A stretch of 64,000 nt of DNA from Planctomycetia bacterium (GTDB lineage: Bacteria; Planctomycetota; Planctomycetia; Pirellulales; UBA1268). Shown here one piece after another: positions 56,809-64,000 of the stretch (position 1 is the first letter of the stretch; every line of letters begins with the position of its first letter). The notes below the pieces were generated by a model. That model made no database searches, was not told the origin of the DNA, and saw nothing but the letters and a program-made list of their open reading frames with translations. Location of the stretch: the NCBI GenBank assembly GCA_014192425.1, contig BJHK01000010.1:82089-146088 (forward strand). Direction: 5' to 3'. The translations under genes and the position numbers were made by a program.

Positions 56809-58014
56809 ATGGCCAAGAAGTCAGTCGCCGACCTCGACCCCCAGGGCAAGACGATCCTCGTACGGGTCGACTTCAACGTCCCGCAGGACGAGGCCGGGGC
56901 GATCACCGATGATCGGCGGATCCGCATGGCCATCCCCTCGATCCGCTCGATCATCGACCGGGGCGGCAAGGCCGTGCTCATGTCGCACCTCGGCCGGCCG
57001 GCCGGCAAGGGGGTCGAGCCGGAGTTTTCCCTGGCCCCGGTCGCAAAGCGGCTCGGCGAGCTGCTCGGCCGTCCGGTGGCACTGGCCGCCGACACCGGCG
57101 GCGCCGACTCCCACGCCAAGGCCCGATCGCTGCCGGCCGGCGGCGTGCTGGTGCTGGAAAACGTCCGCTTCAACAAGGGGGAGAAGAAGGGGGACGACGC
57201 GGCCTACGTCCAGGGTCTGGCGACCATCGCCGACGCCTACGTCAATGACGCCTTCGGCACCTGCCACCGCACCGAGGCGAGCATGCATGCCGTGCCGGTG
57301 GCGATGAAGGCCCTGGGCAAGCCGGCCGTGTCGGGCTTCCTCGTCGAGAAGGAGATCCAGTACCTCGCCGACGCCGTTGCCCGGCCGAAACGGCCCTTCG
57401 TGGCGATCCTCGGCGGCAAGAAGGTGTCGGACAAGATCGCCGTCATCGAGAACCTGCTCTCGATCTGCGACCATGTCCTGATCGGCGGTGCCATGGCATA
57501 CACGTTTTCCCTGGCGCAGGGGGGCAAGACAGGAAAGTCCCTCGTCGAGAAGGACAAGCTCGACCTCGCCCGCGATCTGCTCGCCCGCGGGGGCGGCCGC
57601 CTCGTGCTCCCGAGCGACACGCACTGTGCCGCCGATTTCTCCGCCACGGCGGCCCGGCAGGTGGTGCAGGCCGGCACGATTCCCGACGGGTTCGAGGGGC
57701 TCGACATCGGCCCGGAAACGGCCCGGGCCTACGCCGAGATCATCCGCTCGGCCGGCACGGTCGTCTGGAACGGGCCGATGGGGGTGTTCGAGATGCCCCC
57801 CTTCGACGAGGGCACGAAGGTCGTGGCCGCGGCCGTCGCCGACGCGACCGCGCACGGCGCGATCACCATCATCGGCGGCGGCGACTCGGCAGCGGCAGTG
57901 GAGCAGCTCGGCTATGCCGAGCGTGTCAGCCACGTCTCCACCGGAGGCGGGGCGTCGCTGGAGATGCTCGAAGGCAAGGCCTTCGCCACCGTGGAAGTTC
58001 TCGACGACAAGTGA
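56809..58014 (+). CDS. pgk: Phosphoglycerate kinase
   Basis: RVDFNVP, MSHLGRP and GGGDSAAA motifs; 401 aa. Confidence 0.95.
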   Translation: MAKKSVADLDPQGKTILVRVDFNVPQDEAGAITDDRRIRMAIPSIRSIIDRGGKAVLMSHLGRPAGKGVEPEFSLAPVAKRLGELLGRPVALAADTGGADSHAKARSLPAGGVLVLENVRFNKGEKKGDDAAYVQGLATIADAYVNDAFGTCHRTEASMHAVPVAMKALGKPAVSGFLVEKEIQYLADAVARPKRPFVAILGGKKVSDKIAVIENLLSICDHVLIGGAMAYTFSLAQGGKTGKSLVEKDKLDLARDLLARGGGRLVLPSDTHCAADFSATAARQVVQAGTIPDGFEGLDIGPETARAYAEIIRSAGTVVWNGPMGVFEMPPFDEGTKVVAAAVADATAHGAITIIGGGDSAAAVEQLGYAERVSHVSTGGGASLEMLEGKAFATVEVLDDK

Positions 58015-58052
58015 CCGGTGTCGTCCGCTGACCGTGTCAGGAACGATGCGTA

Positions 58053-59447
58053 TCAGCGCCCGGCGGTGGTCTCCGGCGCGGGCAGCGGTCGCTTTGCCGC
58101 CACCTGACGCGCGGCAGCCTCGGTCGCGTATGACCGGTCGATCGCGCTCAGTCTTTGGAACGGCACCACGAGCGTGCGGCTGTCGGGCGTGAGGAGTTCC
58201 ACGCCATCCACACCCGCGGCCACGAACCGGCCCACCGCGGCATGCCTGCCGGTGTCGTCGATCCAGCGACGCAGCGGCTCGACGGCGCTGAACGGATCGA
58301 AGGCCGGCTCCGCGCGGGCGGGCTCCTCCTTCGTGGCCGGTGTCGCCTTTTCGGTCTCGCCGGCTTGCTCACCGTTCGTCTCCGCGGCGTTCTCCGCGGC
58401 CGGTTCCTCGTCGGCCGTGGCCTTCGATTCCTCGGCCGGATTCTCGGCCGGTTCCTCGGCCGGATTCTCGGCCGGTTCCTCGGCCGACGGTTGTGCCGCG
58501 GGCTTGTCATCGACCGGCGGCTCGATCGGGGGCTGTGGTTCAGGTTGCGCGTCCGTGGCGGGCGTGCCCTCCGGCGCATCCGCCTGCGGCTGTGCCTGCT
58601 TTGCAGCTGACGGGGCGTCGAACAGGTTCTCCTCGGCCGGCTCGGCGGGAGGCTCTGGCGCGGGTTCGGGCCCCTTCTCCTCGGGCAGGGGAGGCTGCGG
58701 CGCCGGAGCAGGCTCGTCCTCCGCGACGGGATCGGCAGGCGGGACAGGATCCTTCGCCGGCAGCGGTGCCTTCTCGGAGGCCGGTTCCGTGGGGACAGGC
58801 TTCTCCGCCGGCGCCGGATCGGCGAACGGATCGATGGCCGGCGGTTCCGGCTGCTTCTCGGTCAGCGGCGCCGGCCCCTCCGCGGGGGCGACGGGCTTGA
58901 CCTCCACGGGCTTGACTTCGACCGGGGGCTGCTCCTGAGTGACGGGCTGGACATTCGCCGCAGGCGATACCGGCTGGAGGTCCGGCACGGGTGCCGGCAC
59001 CGGAGTCGGAGCGACTGTCAGTGGCAATGTGAGGAGCGGATCCTGCTGGGCGATGGCGGGCAAGGACCGCGGCGTCTCGCGAACGACGTCGGGCCGGGCC
59101 GCTCCCGGGGCCGGAGTCGGGACGGCGATGACCGCCGACTGTTTGATCGCGTCGGCCACCGGCATGCTCGCGTCGCCGCAGCAGGCGACCGGCGGTCCGC
59201 ACGGGATCTCCTCATAGGCGAATCCGTACATCGCGCCGCCGAACTCGCCCGGCCCGCCGCAGCCCGCCGGCGGGATCACGATCACCCGGATCGGCTCCGG
59301 TGCGTGCCGGAGAACAGGGGGCGGGCAGGCGGGGCGCACGACGCACGCGGCACGCCCCTGCCGCAGATACCAGCAGGCCTTTGCGGTGTCGACCGAGAAG
59401 GAGAGCGTCAGCAATCCGACCAGGAACGCGTGCAGGGAGCGGCGCAC
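58053..59447 (-). CDS. Secreted Pro/Ala/Glu-rich protein with C-terminal SHD1 domain
   Basis: GTG 59447 after GAGG gives signal peptide VRRSLHAFLVGLLTLSFSVDTAKA. Long low-complexity region with tandem repeats. C-terminal RRWIDDTGRHAAVGRFV...VELLTPDSRTLVVPFQRLSAIDRSY fits SHD1. Confidence 0.65.
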   Translation of the reverse strand: MRRSLHAFLVGLLTLSFSVDTAKACWYLRQGRAACVVRPACPPPVLRHAPEPIRVIVIPPAGCGGPGEFGGAMYGFAYEEIPCGPPVACCGDASMPVADAIKQSAVIAVPTPAPGAARPDVVRETPRSLPAIAQQDPLLTLPLTVAPTPVPAPVPDLQPVSPAANVQPVTQEQPPVEVKPVEVKPVAPAEGPAPLTEKQPEPPAIDPFADPAPAEKPVPTEPASEKAPLPAKDPVPPADPVAEDEPAPAPQPPLPEEKGPEPAPEPPAEPAEENLFDAPSAAKQAQPQADAPEGTPATDAQPEPQPPIEPPVDDKPAAQPSAEEPAENPAEEPAENPAEESKATADEEPAAENAAETNGEQAGETEKATPATKEEPARAEPAFDPFSAVEPLRRWIDDTGRHAAVGRFVAAGVDGVELLTPDSRTLVVPFQRLSAIDRSYATEAAARQVAAKRPLPAPETTAGR

Positions 59448-59883
59448 GGGATACCTCGAGAATGGAAGGCGGTGGGGGGTACCGGGCGAGGGGCGGGTGC
59501 CGAATCGGTCGCCACTCGCCTGTCCCCTGAAAATGTAATTCCACAGGGCCGTCACCGCAAACGGCCCGAAAGCGAAGAGGGCCGCGGCGTCGTGCGACAC
59601 CGCGGCCCTTCCGTGATCGATCCTGTCAAACGCCTGCGAACGGGGTAAAGCACTGCGAGAATGAAGCGGATCGGGCCGCGGAACGCGAGGGTCCGGGGCT
59701 GTCAGGGGATCCGGTTCAACGCAAAGGGTTTGGCACCTCCGACGGAATGCGATGACAGGTCGAAATCGTTGCAGGGACATTCGACCCCTCGCTCCGCCGA
59801 CCTGCAGTCCCGGGACCGCACCCCGCACAACCGGACCGGTCAGCCCGATGGGTGACCGGTCCGGCGGCTGTTTCCGGGGAAGC

Positions 59884-62800
59884 TCACGAACAGCCCATGC
59901 TGTTGCCGCAGTTGTGGCACAGGTAGCAGTTGCCGTTCCGCACCGTGATCGACCCGCAATTATCGCAGGCGGGGGCATCGATCTGGAACTTGGCGAACTG
60001 GCTCTGCCGGTCGGCCGGGCTGGCGTGCGGATCGACGGCCATCTTCAGGCCCGCCCGCTCCAGCATCGCCGCCGAGGAGATCACCGCGGAGACGGGCACC
60101 GTCCCCGTCGCAGCGGTCGAACGCCCTGCCGGCTTCGTCACGGCCGGTGCGGCCTGGGCAGTTGCATGGCCATTCGAACCGGGGTGCCGGCCGCGGCTGG
60201 TCGTCTGCTCACCGTTCGTGCGGGCCTTTCCCTGCCCATCGGCCAGCCCGCTCGCCATCGTGGCGGCGGGCTTGCGCTCCGTTTCCGTGTCGTCCCCCGC
60301 GGCGGCCTCCCCGCCGCCGCCATATCCGCCGGGCCGATTCGCCTCGCGATATCCGGGAATGAACTCGGTGCCCATCCAGCGGAACAGGTAGTCAACGAGG
60401 CTCTTGGCGACCGGAATGTCGGGGTTCTTCGTGTAGCCCCAGGGCTCGAACCGGGTGTGCGAGAACTTCTTCACGTACACCTCCAGCGGCACGCCGTACT
60501 GCAGGCTCATCGACACCGCCGTGCCGAAGGCGTCCATCAGGCCGCCGATCGTGCTCCCCTCCTTGGCCATGGTGATGAACAGCTCGCCGGGGCGGCCGTC
60601 GTCGTAGAGTCCGACGGTGATGTAGCCCTCGTGCCCGCCCACGTTGAACTTGTGGGTCACGCTCCGGCGCGTGTCGGGCAGCCGCTCCCGCCGCGGCGCG
60701 GCCGTCACCTTGGCTGCCGTCTTGTCGGCCTCGGTGCCCGTGTTGAGGGGTTGGCTCTCCTTGGAGCCGTCGCGGTAGATGGCCAACGCCTTGAGCCCGA
60801 GCCGCCAGCCCTCAATGTAGGCGCCGGCGATGTCTGCCGGCGTGGTCTCGCGCGGCATGTTCACCGTCTTGGAGATGGCACCCGAGATGAAGGGCTGCGC
60901 CGCGGCCATCATCTTCACGTGCGCCTGCCAGGCGATGCTTCGCTGACCGAGCCGCGGCTTGAACGCACAGTCGAACACGGCGAGGTGCTGATCCTTGAGG
61001 CCCGGGGCGCCCTCGATCGTGTCGCTCTTGTCGATGGCGGCCAGGATCCCCTCGACCGCCGGCTCGTCGTAGCCGAGCGTCCGTAGGGCCAATGGCACGG
61101 TCTGGTTCACGATCTTGAGCATCCCGCCGCCGGCGAGTTGCTTGTACTTCACGAGCGCGATGTCGGGCTCGATGCCCGTCGTGTCACAGTCCATCAGGAA
61201 CGAGATCGTGCCGGTCGGGGCGAGGACCGTGGCCTGGGCATTGCGGTAGCCGTGTTGGCGCCCGTGGTCGAGGACCTCGTCCCAGATCCGCCGGGCCGCC
61301 TCATGGAGATGCCGCGGGCAGGCCGGATCGATCTTCTCGACGGCCGTGCGATGCATCTGCATCACGCCCAGCATCGGCTCGCGATTGGCCGCGAAGCCCT
61401 CGAACGGACCAACGGCCGCGGCCAGTTCCGCGCTTGTCCGATTGGCGGCACCGTGGAGGATCGCCGTCAACGCCCCACACAGGCCACGGCCGGCGTCGCT
61501 GTCGTAGGCCAGACCGTCGGCCATCAGCAGGCTGCCGAGGTTCGAATAGCCCAGGCCCAGCGGCCGGAAGAGGTGGCTGTTGCGGGCGATCCGCGGCGTC
61601 GGGTAGCTCGCGTGGTCGACGAGGATCTCCTGGGCCACGAAGAAGATCCGGCAGGCGGCCACGAAACGCTCGACGTCGAAGCTGCCGTCCGGACGGCGGA
61701 ACTTCATCAGGTTGATGCTCGCCAGGTTGCAGGCCGTGTCGTCGAGGAACATGTACTCCGAGCACGGATTCGAGGCGTTGATCCGGCCCGAGGTGGGGCA
61801 GGTGTGCCAGCGGTTGATCGTCGTGTCGTACTGCACGCCGGGATCGCCGCACTGCCAGGCGCACTCGGCCATCCGGTTCATGACCTCGCGGGCCTTGTAG
61901 GCGGGGCCGGCCTTCGCCGGGTCGGTGACCCAGCGGGTCGTCCAGGTGTCGTCCCGCTCCGCCGCCTCCATGAAGTCGTCGGTGAGGCGCACGGAGAGGT
62001 TGGCGTTCTGGAACAGGATCGAGCTGTAGGCCTCGCCGTTGAAGTTGGAGTCGTAGCCCCCCTTTTCGATGAGGATCCGGGCCTTCTTCTCCTCCTTCGA
62101 CTTGCACTCGATGAATTCCATGATGTCCGGATGCGTCACCTTGAGCGACTGCATCTTGGCGGCCCGGCGGGTCTTGCCGCCGCTCTTCACCACGGCCGCG
62201 ACCTGGTCGTAGACCCGCATGAACGACAGCGGGCCCGACGGCTTGCCGCCGCCGGCGAGTTTCTCACGCTGGCTGCGGAGCGTGGACAGGTCGGTGCCGG
62301 TGCCGGAGCCGAACTTGAAGAGCATGGCCTCGCTCCGGGCGAGGTCCATGATGTCCTCCATGTTGTCCTTGACGCTCTGGATGAAGCAGGCGCTTCCCTG
62401 CGGATACTCGTAGGGGTTGTCAGGCATCACGACGTCGCGCTTCGCCTCGTCCCAGCGCCAGTTGCAGGCCGCGCCCTTCACGCCGTACTGATGGAACAGG
62501 CCGACGTTGAACCAGACCGGAGAGTTGAAGGCGCCATGTTGGTGGACGCAGAGCCAGGCCAGGTCGCGGTAGAAGTTCTCCGCATCCTGCGGCGTCTTGA
62601 AGTAGCCGTCGGCCTGCCCCCAGTCGGCGATCGTGCGGGCGACGCGGTGCACGAGTTGCTTGACGGAGTGCTCGCGCTCGGGCGTGTGGATCTCGCCGTA
62701 AAAATACTTGCTGACGACGACGTTGGTGGCGAGCTGGCTCCAGGCCGCCGGGATCTCGCAGGCCGGCTGCTCGAACAGCACCTTGCCATCCTCCCCCTTG

Positions 62801-62970
62801 ATGGCCGCGGTCCGCAGTTCCCATTCGGTCGTGTCGAAGGGGCTGTCGACGTCGGCGGGGCAGAAGGTGGGCTGAATCTCGAGGGCCGCACGCCCGGGGG
62901 ATGTCGAGGCCGGTCCGGCCAGGGGGGCCGAGGCACCGGAGAGCGTTGCGGACGCGTCGAATTCAGCCAT
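59884..62970 (-). CDS. nrdJ: Class II (adenosylcobalamin-dependent) ribonucleotide reductase with C-terminal zinc ribbon
   Basis: ATG 62970. Characteristic blocks AFNSPVWFN, NPCSEYMF, TVNMP. C-terminal CDNCG...CHNCG Cys4 finger. Confidence 0.92.
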   Translation of the reverse strand: MAEFDASATLSGASAPLAGPASTSPGRAALEIQPTFCPADVDSPFDTTEWELRTAAIKGEDGKVLFEQPACEIPAAWSQLATNVVVSKYFYGEIHTPEREHSVKQLVHRVARTIADWGQADGYFKTPQDAENFYRDLAWLCVHQHGAFNSPVWFNVGLFHQYGVKGAACNWRWDEAKRDVVMPDNPYEYPQGSACFIQSVKDNMEDIMDLARSEAMLFKFGSGTGTDLSTLRSQREKLAGGGKPSGPLSFMRVYDQVAAVVKSGGKTRRAAKMQSLKVTHPDIMEFIECKSKEEKKARILIEKGGYDSNFNGEAYSSILFQNANLSVRLTDDFMEAAERDDTWTTRWVTDPAKAGPAYKAREVMNRMAECAWQCGDPGVQYDTTINRWHTCPTSGRINASNPCSEYMFLDDTACNLASINLMKFRRPDGSFDVERFVAACRIFFVAQEILVDHASYPTPRIARNSHLFRPLGLGYSNLGSLLMADGLAYDSDAGRGLCGALTAILHGAANRTSAELAAAVGPFEGFAANREPMLGVMQMHRTAVEKIDPACPRHLHEAARRIWDEVLDHGRQHGYRNAQATVLAPTGTISFLMDCDTTGIEPDIALVKYKQLAGGGMLKIVNQTVPLALRTLGYDEPAVEGILAAIDKSDTIEGAPGLKDQHLAVFDCAFKPRLGQRSIAWQAHVKMMAAAQPFISGAISKTVNMPRETTPADIAGAYIEGWRLGLKALAIYRDGSKESQPLNTGTEADKTAAKVTAAPRRERLPDTRRSVTHKFNVGGHEGYITVGLYDDGRPGELFITMAKEGSTIGGLMDAFGTAVSMSLQYGVPLEVYVKKFSHTRFEPWGYTKNPDIPVAKSLVDYLFRWMGTEFIPGYREANRPGGYGGGGEAAAGDDTETERKPAATMASGLADGQGKARTNGEQTTSRGRHPGSNGHATAQAAPAVTKPAGRSTAATGTVPVSAVISSAAMLERAGLKMAVDPHASPADRQSQFAKFQIDAPACDNCGSITVRNGNCYLCHNCGNSMGCS

Positions 62971-63203
62971 GGGGTCGTGCTCCTTGCGGGGGAAAATCCT
63001 GTCCTTGAAATATACTTCCGTACAGTTCTCTGTCAATCCAACCATCGGCCGGCCGGGGGGCGTTCCTTCAGGGGCCGGTCACGTTGTTCGGGCGGATGCC
63101 GAAGGCCGGGTGCGATTTGGCGGGGAAAGCAGCTCCTTCTGCATGCTATCGCAAGATGTTGTGGTGGTCGTCCCGTTGACCCCTGCCTATTGGCCGGGGC
63201 GTG

Positions 63204-63231
63204 ATCGTAGCGTGAGCGTGAGGAGCGTCAA
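63204..63231 (-). promoter_or_regulatory. Candidate sigma70-type promoter of nrdJ
   Basis: Minus strand reads TTGACG-16 nt-TACGAT (63231-63226 / 63209-63204), implying a leader of roughly 225 nt. Prediction by eye only. Confidence 0.3.
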
Positions 63232-63458
63232 GCCTCTTTTTTCGTTCCGTGAAAACCGTCGGGAATCGCCCGCCAAGGATCTCCTCCGGGAGGCTGCCAG
63301 GCCGTCCGAGGGTCCCTGGTGGTGCCTCCACGCAGGGGGGGATTTGGTCACGGTTCGCCTTTTGTCCACTCGGGGGCGACAATACGCCTCCGGAGTGCGG
63401 GTGTCCGCAGTTCCGGAAGCGCGGCCGTTCGATCTCCCTCTCGCGTGCAGGAGGTTTT

Positions 63459-64000
63459 CATGTCGCTCCCTTCCCGCCCACTGTCCGGCGTCCGTGTGCT
63501 CGCGCTCGTCGGCGACGACTACGAGGATCTGGAGCTCTGGTACCCGAAGCTGCGGCTGGAGGAGGCTGGGGCGCACGTGACCGTGGCCGGCGCGATGCAG
63601 GGGCGCACGTACGCAGGAAAACATGGCTATCCCTGCACGAGCGATGCGGCGATCGGCGACATGGAGGGGAGCGACTTTCACGGCATTCTGCTCCCCGGCG
63701 GCTGGATGCCAGACAAGCTGCGTCGCGACGAGAAGGTACTCGCGCTGGTCCGTGACTTCGCCGCCCGCGGTCAGCTCGTCGCCGCGATCTGCCACGGCGG
63801 TTGGATCGCGATCTCCGCGGGTGTCTACCGTGGAGTGCGTGTGACCGGCAGTCCCGGCATCAAGGACGACCTGATGAACGCCGGGGCGATCTGGGAGGAT
63901 ACGCCGGTCATCGTCGATCGGCATTTCGTCTCCAGCCGTAAGCCGGCCGACCTGCCCGCGTTCATGGCGGCGATCGTCGAACTGCTTGCCGGAGTCTCGG
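63459..64000 (+). CDS. DJ-1/PfpI family protein (3' end cut by window edge)
   Basis: ATG 63459 after AGGAGG. Translated by hand: MSLPSRPLSGVRVLALVGDDYEDLELWYP...ILLPGG...VAAICHGGW (nucleophile elbow Cys-His)...VDRHFVSSRKPADLPAF. Not in the ORF track because no stop occurs before the window end. Confidence 0.85.

Noticed and set aside
62971-63200. Cobalamin riboswitch or NrdR boxes in the nrdJ leader
   Set aside because: No B12-box-like AGYCMGGNGACCKGCC element. The best NrdR-like candidate CACAACATCTTGCG is a poor palindrome with no second box at helical spacing. Kept only as an unexplained leader.
61138-63204. 688-aa plus-strand ORF
   Set aside because: It is antisense to nrdJ and has shadow-ORF composition.

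Overview
High-GC (about 68-70%) bacterial chromosomal window. Gene content suggests Planctomycetota-like, which is inference only: SHD1-domain and FG-GAP secreted proteins, homospermidine synthase, many shadow ORFs. Most of it is housekeeping backbone: a truncated ABC exporter, U32 peptidase, acs, pfk, trpF, ahcY, parAB with several parS-like boxes, crcB, a MacB-type ABC/HlyD efflux operon, hss plus ornithine decarboxylase, a P-type ATPase, pgk, class II RNR nrdJ and a DJ-1/PfpI gene cut by the window end. The clear accessory segment starts at a tRNA-Pro(UGG) gene (23000-23072). A 46-nt perfect repeat of the tRNA 3' half recurs at 30123-30168. The pair brackets a 7.1-kb integrative element carrying a tyrosine integrase, an AlpA/Xis-like HTH, a Walker-A NTPase, small unknown ORFs, one low-GC secreted cargo gene, and about 0.9 kb of repeat-structured non-coding DNA. 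Directly after attR lies a lower-GC glycosylation segment (FkbM methyltransferase, intact ISL3 insertion sequence, GT4, GT2 plus GT-C-like membrane transferase). The most unusual observations are the internal repeat and operator architecture of the tRNA-Pro element, a structured intergenic repeat family with compensatory stem changes (7281-7417, 18870-19268), and a translationally coupled nucleotidyltransferase-like/small-ORF pair (3383-4545). No rRNA, CRISPR array or convincing riboswitch was seen. All functional calls come from motif recognition by eye; no database search was run.
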